Shown: positions 45,020 to 53,882 of the stretch, in pieces
Layout of the letters: each line of letters begins with the position of its first letter
Numbering within the stretch: the first letter of the stretch is position 1
Assembly (NCBI GenBank): GCA_031289425.1
Contig: JAITPM010000040.1
Span: 55,423 to 119,422, forward strand
Length of the DNA: 64,000 nt
Direction of reading: 5' to 3'
DNA from: Fusobacteriaceae bacterium
Lineage (GTDB): Bacteria > Fusobacteriota > Fusobacteriia > Fusobacteriales > Fusobacteriaceae
Position numbers and translations under genes: made by a program
The notes under the pieces: generated by a model
Told to the model about the DNA's origin: nothing
The model's input: only the letters and a program-made list of their open reading frames with translations
Databases searched by the model: none

Positions 45020-45706
45020 TTATAATTCTTTTTGGTAAGAAAAATCTTTTATGATAATTCCTAAAGGATTAATCCTAATAGCTTTTTCATCCTTGGATTC
45101 TTTTATTTCAATAGTAAAAATTCCTTGGAATTTTTCTTTCTTTTTAATTGTACCATTTTCTGAATAAGTTGTTTCTTCCCAACGTGCTTGGTAAGAAGTA
45201 TTATTCATTTTCAATATTGTAGTTATTGCTATATCTCGACTTTCCTTTTTCTTAAACATTTCTTTTATATTGTCGGCTTCTATATAAGAAAGTAATTTTT
45301 GTAAAGATATATTATTTAAAAATAAATATTGTTTTTCTATATTTTTACCATACATTACATAATCAAGCGGAATGGATCGAGTATCTGTTATATGGGTTAA
45401 AATTGTAGAAAATATGACTTTATCGTTAGGCACATATTTAATATGAGATAATTCACCGATATTTCTGATTATTCCCTCTTTTTCATTTATGAAAACGATA
45501 TATGGTTCAATATAAACTCTATTAGATAAATTTACATATGATACCAATAGAATTAAACACAATATAAAAAAACATATGCATGTAATCTGCCAATTCCTTT
45601 TTGAGCGATTCAATCTGAAATAATGCTCATGAAATGGATCAATTGGATTTATTTCTCTTCCATCTAAAGTAAATGAATCCATTGGTCGATAATCTTTTGA
45701 TTCCAT
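45020..45706 (-). CDS. virB8: VirB8/TrbF-like
   Basis: 228 aa bitopic protein (one TM, NTF2-like C-terminal domain) with C-terminal INPLGIIIKDFSY, matching the VirB8 NPxG motif. Confidence 0.75.
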   Translation of the reverse strand: MESKDYRPMDSFTLDGREINPIDPFHEHYFRLNRSKRNWQITCICFFILCLILLVSYVNLSNRVYIEPYIVFINEKEGIIRNIGELSHIKYVPNDKVIFSTILTHITDTRSIPLDYVMYGKNIEKQYLFLNNISLQKLLSYIEADNIKEMFKKKESRDIAITTILKMNNTSYQARWEETTYSENGTIKKKEKFQGIFTIEIKESKDEKAIRINPLGIIIKDFSYQKEL

Positions 45707-45839
45707 ATACCTTCTCCTTGTATAATATGTTTAGAGTTAAGATATTTAACTTTTAAACATATCTTTTTATTTGTTTCAAAATAATTTATTTAAATATAAA
45801 TTATTACACAACTATTGATAAAAGAGTATCCTATATAAA

Positions 45840-46214
45840 TTATATTAATAATATTGATCCAGAGAAACCGAAAAATGTCGGTACCCATGCGACTGCTGCA
45901 AAAATTATGGCAATAGCAATAGCGATTTGAATTAATTTTTGTACTATTCCTCCATGAGCACCAAAAATTAACCCAATCATGCATACGACAACTGCAAGTA
46001 TCGCTACTGTTCTTGCTACAGGTCCGGTAATGTTATCTAGTAATTTTTGCAATGGTCCATCCCATGGCATACTGCTTGAAGAAGCTTCAGAAATTTTACT
46101 AACTACAAAAATTGATATAGTTAAAAATAAGAAATTAGATAATTTTAAAATTTTTGAATTCAGTTTCGAATTTGAGATTCTTGAGTTAGATTTTGAAATA
46201 GATATTTTTTTCAT
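45840..46214 (-). CDS. virB2: TrbC/VirB2-family pilin precursor
   Basis: Long leader, then PWDGPLQKLLDNITGPVARTVAILAVVV followed by a second hydrophobic helix. A TraF-type pilin peptidase is encoded at 56203..56715. Confidence 0.7.
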   Translation of the reverse strand: MKKISISKSNSRISNSKLNSKILKLSNFLFLTISIFVVSKISEASSSSMPWDGPLQKLLDNITGPVARTVAILAVVVCMIGLIFGAHGGIVQKLIQIAIAIAIIFAAVAWVPTFFGFSGSILLI

Positions 46215-46282
46215 TATTTTGTCTCCTTTTACTTTTAAATTTCAGTTGACATATTAGATATAATATGTTAATATCTAATATC

Positions 46283-46304
46283 AAAAAAACCGCTAAAATA
46301 GCGG
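46283..46304 (-). terminator. Rho-independent terminator upstream of the pilin gene
   Basis: The minus strand reads CCGCTA-TTTT-TAGCGG followed by TTTTTTTGA. Confidence 0.55.
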
Positions 46305-46373
46305 GTTTTAAAAAGTTGTTTTTATGAATTTATAAAAATATAAAAAATAATATAAAAATTTCCAGAATTAATG

Positions 46374-46782
46374 TTAAATAAAATTAATTCTGGAAATTTG
46401 TGTAGACAAGATTTTATAATTTAAACCCAAATTCATAGCTATTATCTTTTTCTGGTTTTTTTCCTTTTTTATTTCTTGAGTTTTTTTCATTTCTTCATTT
46501 TTTAAATTTTTATCAAATAATTTATCAGAATTTGCTAATCTTTCGAACTCCTTTGTATTAAGTTTTGTAATTTCTTTAGCAGGTTCTATTAATACTAATA
46601 TTTCCTTTCCATTTTTCAATTTCAAGTATTTTATAAAGCGATTCATTCGAATTGTTGTTATTTTTTATGTCAAATACACCTTTATTAGAATATATTTCTA
46701 ATACTTCTTCTAGAGTTATTATTGTATTTTCATTTATATAATTTTTTAAATTTGTATATTCTGTTTTAAATATTTTCCTCAT
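46374..46782 (-). pseudogene. Hypothetical gene, apparently split by a frameshift in an AAT-rich run (ORFs 46576..46782 and 46374..46646)
   Basis: Two ORFs overlap by 71 nt in different frames. The downstream ORF has no RBS. The junction lies at ..NNNNSNE.. (aataacaacaattcgaatgaa). Confidence 0.3.
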
Positions 46783-46796
46783 TTTTATACCTCCGG

Positions 46797-47336
46797 TTAT
46801 CCTTCATAACCTTTATTTTTTTCTTTTTTTATTTCATTTACTAACACTTCCTCAATTTCATTAAATTTAGTTAATATTTCATTTTTTACTCCTTTTTTAT
46901 AATATTCAAAAACTTTTTTTGCATTATCAAAAATTTTTCCTGAAAGTTTTTTATTTAAATAATAGTCATTACCACCTTTAGAGCGAAAACTATGATGTAT
47001 GTATTTGTTGCTAATTGGGAACATATTTTGAATAAGGTAAGCATTTTCAACACCATTAAAATTATCAAATATTATTGTATTACATTTTCCATATTTTTTA
47101 ATTTTCAAACATTCACGGTTTTTATAGTGGTTATTTTTATCAGAAGTTAATGGTATGCATATTGATAAATTTTCATTAGTTGGGTGAGGAAAAACAATTA
47201 TAGTTGGCCTTCCTGTTTTGTTCCATAGCAATCCATTATCAGGGACTTTTATATTCATATTTTCAAAATATTCTTCTTTTAAAATGACGGCTCTTAATTT
47301 TTTAATTTTTCTCATTTTTTTCATTTTGCTCCCCAT
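46797..47336 (-). CDS. Hypothetical protein (faint PemK/MazF-like G-R-P...PLTS pattern)
   Basis: 179 aa. TGRPTIIVFPHPTNENLSICIPLTSDK resembles the RP...PxTS core of MazF-fold toxins. Otherwise unrecognised. Confidence 0.45.
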   Translation of the reverse strand: MGSKMKKMRKIKKLRAVILKEEYFENMNIKVPDNGLLWNKTGRPTIIVFPHPTNENLSICIPLTSDKNNHYKNRECLKIKKYGKCNTIIFDNFNGVENAYLIQNMFPISNKYIHHSFRSKGGNDYYLNKKLSGKIFDNAKKVFEYYKKGVKNEILTKFNEIEEVLVNEIKKEKNKGYEG

Positions 47337-47634
47337 ATAAAATAAAAAGAAATTCTTTTTATATAAGAATCTCTTTTTTGATTATTCTTGCAATCCATTT
47401 TTTCCTGATATGAGAACAGAATATCTAGTTTTTTTTACTATGGACTAGCAACCAAGAAAAATTTGACATCACACCGATTTCTACTTGCCGGGTACAAGAA
47501 CATATGATTACAAGAATTTATGTTAATAAAATTATATCTCAAAGTTGGATAAAAGTCAATAAAAAATTCTTAGATTCTATTAGATTTTTTTCTATTTAAA
47601 ACTATTCTTTTTGTCTCCTTTCTATATTGTATTT

Positions 47635-50034
47635 TTATTTTTCTATTCCTTGTTCTTTTGATTTTTCTTTTTTCTTTTCATTTATTTTTGTTTGTTTAAA
47701 TTCATAAGTTTTAGTTTCTTCGTTTAATTTATATACCTGTAAATAATCTTTATTAATTTCTATATTTTTCCCAATATCCTTCACATTATCAGATGTTAAA
47801 TATTCTTTTCTTATTTCTGATAAAACTCTGTTAGTACATTGAAATTTATCTGATGGCACAGCGATAAATATTGTGCCACTTTTCTTTAGCATTTCTGATT
47901 CTATATCGGTTTTTATATCATATTTTTTTTCTTTTACAGTTTGATCAAATATTTTTATATTCCCCTCTAATTCATTATTTTTATAAATAGAATTTAATTT
48001 TAGATTACCATCTTCGTAATATTGTGTTGATATTCCTTCAAGTTTTCCATTTTTATAATTCATTTCTTGCATAAATTTTTCATTTTCATAGTATGTATTT
48101 TCAGCACCTTCTATTTTACCTTCTTTACATATGTATTCTTTATATAATTGACCATTTGGATAGTACAACTTTTGCTCTCCATTTAATTTTCCATTAATAT
48201 AAATAAATTCTATTTTACGTTGACCATTCGGATAAAAAGATTCATATTTTCCATGTAATTTATCATCTTTGTAATTACATTTTATATTTAATTGTCCGTT
48301 TTCATAATATTCTTTGGATAATCCATTTCTTTCAAAATTTTGCCAGTTACTTTCATGTTTTATTTTTCCGTTTTCATAGTATCTTTTTGAAATTCCTTCT
48401 CTATAACTATTTAACCATTGACTTTCATTTTTCAGATGACCGTTCTCGTAATAATCTTGAGTTATGCCAGTAATTTTATTTTCTTTCCAACTGTTTATAG
48501 ATTGTATGTTACCGCTCTTATAGTATATTTTTTCTGTGCCATTTAATTTGCCATCTTTATACATAGCTTCTCTTTGTAATGCACCATTTTCATAATATTC
48601 TTTTTGTTCCCCATTTAATAATATTTCTTTTGAAACCTCAAACTGTTCATTTATCCTTTTTTGTAAAAGTTCAATTCTTTTTTCAAATGGAATTTTTTCA
48701 GAACTTTCCATATTTGTTCCATTTAAATTAGCCTCTATGAAATTAGCTTTAGATGTTATAGCTGCATAAAAGTTGGCATTCTCAAGATTTGCATGAACGA
48801 AACTAACATCATCCAATCTTGCTAGTGTGAAATTAGCATTTTTTGCAGAAGTACTAGAAAAATTACTTTTATAACAAGTGGAATTTGTAAAATCGGCTTC
48901 TTCTATGTTGGCACCTTCAAAATTTACATAATATAACTCTTTATCAGCGAAAGATGTATTTTTGCATATTGATTTGCTCATATTATAATTGGTAAGATTT
49001 ATTTTTATACTATCAAAATCTTTTCCCAATTTTCTATTAGATAAATCTGCTTGCTTTCCTTGACTACCATTAGTTGATAACCATAAATTATGATTTTTTA
49101 ATATTATTTTAAATTCATCTACACCAATTTCTGTTATTATATATTTTTTTGTTTCTATTTTTATTTCTTTTTCATAACTTAAAACCATTTCACAAGCTTT
49201 TTCAGCTTCTTTGACCGCCTCAAAAAATATATTTTTATCTTTTTTTAATACCTCTGACCAACTTTGGAGATACGCTATGTTATTTTGAGAATTATATTTA
49301 ATACCTTTCTCCATTTGTATAAAAACAGAAGATAGTTCGGCTATTAATTCTTCTTTAGCATATTTTGCTGTTTTAAAACCACCTGATAGATCTCTATTTA
49401 ATCTATTAGAATGCCCAGTGGAATGTGAAACTTCATGCAATGCTGTTCCATAAAAATCTTCTTCACTGATAAAATTTTTTTTTAGTGGTAATGTAATATC
49501 ATCATCAAGTGGAGCGTAGAAAGCTTTATTTCCACCATAGTTTATTTTACATCCACAATTATTTAATATTGTATCTATTTTATTATAATCTATTGTTATT
49601 TCTTTTTTGCCTAATGTTGGAATTCCTTCAATTTGCTCAGCATTAAAAATTGAATATGTTCTGGTCACTAATTGTATATGTTTTTCTATATATTCTTTTT
49701 TTTCAGAATCGGGTAATTTATTAATTTCTACCCAATCGGCATCTTTTTTGGTTTTTTTATCGTATTGTTTCCAAATTTCAATTCTAGTTGCTTTTTCTCC
49801 TTTTTTCACTTGCCAACCATTGTCCATTGCTTGCTTATATGTAGCCCATCTATGGTCAGAATATTTTGAAAAACATAACCTAATTGAATTAAGTCCATTG
49901 TAGTTTCTGTTAGTAACAGCATTTAAAGGCATTTTAATATTCCAAGGCTTTTGCCATGGAATTTTGCCTTTATCAAGTTCTTCAATTACTTTATCAACGA
50001 ATTCATCTCTTAATTCTTTTATTTTTGGATTCAT
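47635..50034 (-). CDS. ardC: ArdC-like antirestriction protein (ssDNA-binding N-domain plus HExxH metalloprotease) fused to pentapeptide repeats and MORN-variant (YwqK-like) repeats
   Basis: IPWQKPW...NGLNSIRL...WATYKQAMDNGWQVKKGEKA (ArdC-N). ALHEVSHSTGH (zinc protease). ANFEGANIEEADFTNS...ANLENANF (pentapeptide). About 9-10 repeats of YYENG-x-LK-x-E-x-NYK-x-GKL-x-G. Confidence 0.8.
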   Translation of the reverse strand: MNPKIKELRDEFVDKVIEELDKGKIPWQKPWNIKMPLNAVTNRNYNGLNSIRLCFSKYSDHRWATYKQAMDNGWQVKKGEKATRIEIWKQYDKKTKKDADWVEINKLPDSEKKEYIEKHIQLVTRTYSIFNAEQIEGIPTLGKKEITIDYNKIDTILNNCGCKINYGGNKAFYAPLDDDITLPLKKNFISEEDFYGTALHEVSHSTGHSNRLNRDLSGGFKTAKYAKEELIAELSSVFIQMEKGIKYNSQNNIAYLQSWSEVLKKDKNIFFEAVKEAEKACEMVLSYEKEIKIETKKYIITEIGVDEFKIILKNHNLWLSTNGSQGKQADLSNRKLGKDFDSIKINLTNYNMSKSICKNTSFADKELYYVNFEGANIEEADFTNSTCYKSNFSSTSAKNANFTLARLDDVSFVHANLENANFYAAITSKANFIEANLNGTNMESSEKIPFEKRIELLQKRINEQFEVSKEILLNGEQKEYYENGALQREAMYKDGKLNGTEKIYYKSGNIQSINSWKENKITGITQDYYENGHLKNESQWLNSYREGISKRYYENGKIKHESNWQNFERNGLSKEYYENGQLNIKCNYKDDKLHGKYESFYPNGQRKIEFIYINGKLNGEQKLYYPNGQLYKEYICKEGKIEGAENTYYENEKFMQEMNYKNGKLEGISTQYYEDGNLKLNSIYKNNELEGNIKIFDQTVKEKKYDIKTDIESEMLKKSGTIFIAVPSDKFQCTNRVLSEIRKEYLTSDNVKDIGKNIEINKDYLQVYKLNEETKTYEFKQTKINEKKKEKSKEQGIEK

Positions 50035-50046
50035 AATTTTTTCCTC

Positions 50047-50241
50047 CTATAATAATGACGATGCATTCTTATCATCAATTATATCTTCATAGTCTGGGGT
50101 TTCATCTTCATGATTTTCTGTTTCATAATCAATATTTATAGGCAATATTTTTGATAGTTCAAGTGCATTTTTTCCTTTTACCATTTCTTCTTTGATTTTT
50201 AATTTGATTTCATTTTTTTCATTACTTTTTTCTTTTTCCAT
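50047..50241 (-). CDS. Small highly acidic protein
   Basis: 64 aa with C-terminal DYETENHEDETPDYEDIIDD. Packed between ardC and upstream genes. Confidence 0.45.
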   Translation of the reverse strand: MEKEKSNEKNEIKLKIKEEMVKGKNALELSKILPINIDYETENHEDETPDYEDIIDDKNASSLL

Positions 50242-50257
50242 AGATTCATCTCCTAAT

Positions 50258-50668
50258 TTATTCTTTTAAATTATTTTCTATTTCGTTTGATTTTTCTTCT
50301 AATTCTTCAATCAACTCAAGCAGTTCATCATTATCTATATAACATAATTGATCTAATATTTCTTTTATACTTTTTGCTTCTGCATTAATTAATTTTCCAT
50401 AATTTATTAAAAAATTAGAATTTATTTTTTTTAGTTCTTTTTCTAATTCCACTTTAAATTTTACTGGAGATAAATTTATTATTTCTTTTTTAGTGCATAT
50501 AATGCTACATTCATAAAAATTTAAACCTATATTTTTATAAATTCTAATTAATTCTTCTATGTATGAATCATTATTTTCCATGTTATTAATTATTTTATTC
50601 TTTAATACAATAATATTTTTCTTATTGTTTTTTATAACTTCTTTAGTTATCAATTTACACCTCTTCAA
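50258..50668 (-). CDS. Hypothetical protein
   Basis: 136 aa ORF in operon context. Start overlaps the upstream stop. Confidence 0.5.
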   Translation of the reverse strand: MKRCKLITKEVIKNNKKNIIVLKNKIINNMENNDSYIEELIRIYKNIGLNFYECSIICTKKEIINLSPVKFKVELEKELKKINSNFLINYGKLINAEAKSIKEILDQLCYIDNDELLELIEELEEKSNEIENNLKE

Positions 50669-51201
50669 TAAAATAATAATATTTTTTTATCTTGATTTTT
50701 TTCTTGTTTTAACTTTAAAAAATATGTTTTTCCTACTATATCACACTGATTTATATAAATTTCATTTTCTTTAAAAATTTGTTTTAAATATCCGCCTAAT
50801 TCTGCTAAATTTTTATCTTTTAATTTTGCAATTTCGAACAAAGAACCATATGTTATTAAATCATGGTTTCTTGATTTTTTATTTTTTGTGTCGAGATTGA
50901 TTACTTTTTTAGTATCATTATTTTGGAGTTCTTTTATTAAATTTTCTCCTAGTTCTTTATATTCTATTAATGGTTTATATTGCAATAAATGCCCTAGTAA
51001 TATTTCTTGTCCAATATGAATTGTATCAGTTATTTCACATAGCAACCCTAACCGTATTAATTCTTTACTTCGTGCTTGTTTTTTTTGTATCATCTGTTCT
51101 TTCTTTGCCTTTATTATTATTTTCTTTTTTATTACTTCTGTCATCTTTATCTTTTTCTCCAGATTTTTTATTTGTTTCTCCAGTTTCATCGTTTTTTTCA
51201 T
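50665..51201 (-). CDS. Hypothetical protein, possible TraD/MobC-like relaxosome accessory factor
   Basis: KKQARSKELIRLGLL resembles the R-x-K-x-LI-x-LGGL core of Ti-plasmid TraD-type proteins. Located just downstream of the relaxase. The true start is uncertain (internal Met codons). Confidence 0.4.
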   Translation of the reverse strand: MKKTMKLEKQIKNLEKKIKMTEVIKKKIIIKAKKEQMIQKKQARSKELIRLGLLCEITDTIHIGQEILLGHLLQYKPLIEYKELGENLIKELQNNDTKKVINLDTKNKKSRNHDLITYGSLFEIAKLKDKNLAELGGYLKQIFKENEIYINQCDIVGKTYFLKLKQEKNQDKKILLFY

Positions 51202-51343
51202 TATCTTTTTCCTCTACTATATTTTTTTCTATTCTAATATTTTTTTGGTTTTCAAAATGTACACTTTCTCCAGTTACAACCACTTCATGTGCAAATAAAA
51301 TTACAGAAAAAATATAAAATATAATACTTATCTTTTTTACCAT
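51065..51343 (-). CDS. Hypothetical small secreted K/E/D-rich protein (uncertain; overlaps neighbours)
   Basis: 92 aa with an N-terminal signal-like segment. Overlaps 50665..51201 by 137 nt in another frame, so one of the two starts must be wrong. Confidence 0.3.
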   Translation of the reverse strand: MVKKISIIFYIFSVILFAHEVVVTGESVHFENQKNIRIEKNIVEEKDNEKNDETGETNKKSGEKDKDDRSNKKENNNKGKERTDDTKKTSTK

Positions 51344-53763
51344 TCCCTGTCCCTCTCTTTATTTAAATTAATTTCCCAGTTGCTGTATCCACTTATATCG
51401 TTATTAGTTATTTCGCATAATACTTCTTTTAATTTGTCTCTACCACCTTTGCTTTTGTTAATTTTTGATATAATGTTATTTATTTTACTTTGTTGTTGTT
51501 TGTAATTTTTAATATTTTTTGATATTTCTATTTCAATATCGCATTCCATTTCTTTTCTTTTTTCTAGTCTAACATTTGCAAATATTTTATTTCTTGCTTT
51601 TTCAAAATTATCCTTTACTTCTTTAAAAATTTTTGCATAATTTTCTGTTTTTTTATGAAATTCTGTTAATTCATTAGTAATACTATTATGTTTATTATAT
51701 TCTTCTGTTAATTTTTTTATTTCTTTATTTATATTATTTCTTTTCAATAAATCAAATTTATTAAGACTTGAATATTCTATATTTAACTTATTTATTTTTT
51801 CATTTATTCTATTTTTTTCTTTGAAGTTTATCATAAATTTTCCAGTACTTAATTTATTTATTGTTAATTTTTCAATTACTTGATCATTTAACAGTATGTT
51901 CATATTATTTGATGCTAGTTCAAGTTTATTTATGTTTCCCTTAATCTTTAATATTGTCTCTTCTTTCTCTTTTATGTTATTATTTAATTCTTTTATAAAC
52001 TTATCTTTAGGAATGTTCTTCATATAAATTTGTAATTCTTTTCTTTCCTTTGTAAATATTTCAATTCTATTTTGTAATTTGTATAAGTTTTTGCTATATT
52101 TTTCTTTTGTATTATTTTTACTAAAATATTTATATAGGTTAACAGCTCTCATATATTCTTTTTCAACATATATATTGTTCTTTATTTGCATACTTAAGAT
52201 ATTTAGATTTTTATTTTGTTCATGAGTTTTTTCTGTAATTAAATTTTCAATAATTTCTTTTTCTTTTTTACTTTCATAATTTAAGTCTTTTTCTTTTGCA
52301 TCAATTCTATCTTTATTTTTTAAAGCAAATTTGTTTAGAATATCCCATTGTTTTTCAATAAATTCCTGTTTACTTTTTAATTCCTTAATTTCATTTATTA
52401 AATTTTCATTTTTATATGATTTATAAAATTTTTCTTTGTCTTTTAATTGTTCAGAAATCGAAATATAATTACTCTTTAAACTTTCTTCTCGGTAGTTAGT
52501 AATAATATTTTTAGCCAACAAATGGTTGTCTTCATAAGATATTTCTTTTAATCGGTATTTAAGTTTTTCTAACGTTAATTTATTTAATCTATCATATAAT
52601 TTGTTTGTTCTAAAAGGATTATATTTTAGATTATCTTCTAAAGAAAGATAATCTACTTTATAATTATTTTTTAGAATATTTGAGAACATTTGTTTTTCTT
52701 GTTTTATATCTTCATTTATAAAGTAGATCAACTGTTTGTATTTTTTTGTATCTTTTAATTGTTCAATTTTTTTTATTTCTATATTTGAATCTTCTTTTAT
52801 TATTTCGAAAGCATTTATATCATTGAAATTTATTTTTAATGTATCAATTTTTTTTTGTAATTTACTAAAATTACCATTACTCATAATATTTAATGCAATG
52901 ACATTAGGTTCTTTTTTATTTAAATATTCTAATCTATTTATGCAATCTTTTTTTTCTGGAGTTATTATTCCTTTTTTTATAAGTAAAATGCTTTCTTTAT
53001 TATATTTTATTTTTTTTGTTTCTTGATATTTATCATATTCTATTTTTTCTTTTTCTGTTAGTGCTTCAAGACCTTTATGTTTTGTTTTATTAATTATTTT
53101 CTTATTACAGTTAACAGGATTACGATCCAATATTTCAATCATTACTATATCATTATTTTCTATAGCTTCTTTTTTTCTGTTTCGTAAACTTCTACTATCT
53201 ACTTTAGCATCTATATCGTATTTCTTAAAAAAATTATTTTGTTCTATTTCCCATTTTTTTCTAAATTCTATTAAGGCCATTTTTTGTTTATAGTAAGGAT
53301 TTTTCTTTGCTCCACCTTTTTCAGGGTTTTTTTCATTTGCCCTCTTAAAATATTGTGATAGTGGTCTTTCTATTCCATCGTTTTCTCTTTCACTAAACAT
53401 TAAATGGCAATGCAAATTTTTAATACCATTATTATTAGATTCATGTATAGCGTATGTATATGGTGTTTTTTTTAATTCTTTATCTATAAAACCATTCATT
53501 AGTTCTACTGCTTGTGTGTGATTTAATTCGTTAGGTATATTTAATTCAAATTCTCTATATGCATTAGAATTTACTCTTTCGAATTGGTCTGCTGCTGCCC
53601 AAAAATCAAGAGCAAGATTACCATTAAAAACTTCAATATTTCCACTTTCTTTGTGAATAAGATCTTCTTTGGAATTATATTTACCTTCTCTTAGAATATA
53701 TTTTGCATGATTTTCAGCATAGCCTGGTTTCCCCTTTTTATAGCACATTCTATATTCAGCCAT
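51337..53763 (-). CDS. MOBQ-type conjugative relaxase (MobA/MobL family) with ~550-aa K/N/E-rich coiled-coil C-terminal extension
   Basis: N-terminal HAKYILREGKY, YREFELNIP and IHESNNNGIKNLHCHLMFSER (HxH metal motif). Start at MAEYRM, with RBS GAGGAA. Confidence 0.85.
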   Translation of the reverse strand: MAEYRMCYKKGKPGYAENHAKYILREGKYNSKEDLIHKESGNIEVFNGNLALDFWAAADQFERVNSNAYREFELNIPNELNHTQAVELMNGFIDKELKKTPYTYAIHESNNNGIKNLHCHLMFSERENDGIERPLSQYFKRANEKNPEKGGAKKNPYYKQKMALIEFRKKWEIEQNNFFKKYDIDAKVDSRSLRNRKKEAIENNDIVMIEILDRNPVNCNKKIINKTKHKGLEALTEKEKIEYDKYQETKKIKYNKESILLIKKGIITPEKKDCINRLEYLNKKEPNVIALNIMSNGNFSKLQKKIDTLKINFNDINAFEIIKEDSNIEIKKIEQLKDTKKYKQLIYFINEDIKQEKQMFSNILKNNYKVDYLSLEDNLKYNPFRTNKLYDRLNKLTLEKLKYRLKEISYEDNHLLAKNIITNYREESLKSNYISISEQLKDKEKFYKSYKNENLINEIKELKSKQEFIEKQWDILNKFALKNKDRIDAKEKDLNYESKKEKEIIENLITEKTHEQNKNLNILSMQIKNNIYVEKEYMRAVNLYKYFSKNNTKEKYSKNLYKLQNRIEIFTKERKELQIYMKNIPKDKFIKELNNNIKEKEETILKIKGNINKLELASNNMNILLNDQVIEKLTINKLSTGKFMINFKEKNRINEKINKLNIEYSSLNKFDLLKRNNINKEIKKLTEEYNKHNSITNELTEFHKKTENYAKIFKEVKDNFEKARNKIFANVRLEKRKEMECDIEIEISKNIKNYKQQQSKINNIISKINKSKGGRDKLKEVLCEITNNDISGYSNWEINLNKERDREW

Positions 53764-53833
53764 TTTATTCCTCAACATGAATTAAATTTTGAAAAAATTT
53801 ACCATACAATTTTAATGATGTCAATCATTTAAA

Positions 53834-53882
53834 CACGCCCTTTCTCAACGATAGATGAGAAAGGTGTAAGCGTGCCTTTATA
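53834..53882 (+). other. oriT candidate (inverted repeat plus nick-region-like core)
   Basis: CACGC-CCTTTCTCA (53834-53847) pairs with TGAGAAAGG-tgtaa-GCGTG (53856-53874). The right arm is followed after 2 nt by TAAGCGTGCCTT. Location is 70 nt upstream of the relaxase start. Confidence 0.55.

Noticed and set aside
47337-47634. Intergenic region upstream of the 179-aa gene as a structured single-strand promoter (Frpo-like) or sRNA. It contains the direct repeat TACAAGAA x2 and a TTGACA hexamer.
   Set aside because: I could not find a long imperfect hairpin or a convincing promoter/terminator pair by eye. The features are too weak without folding software.
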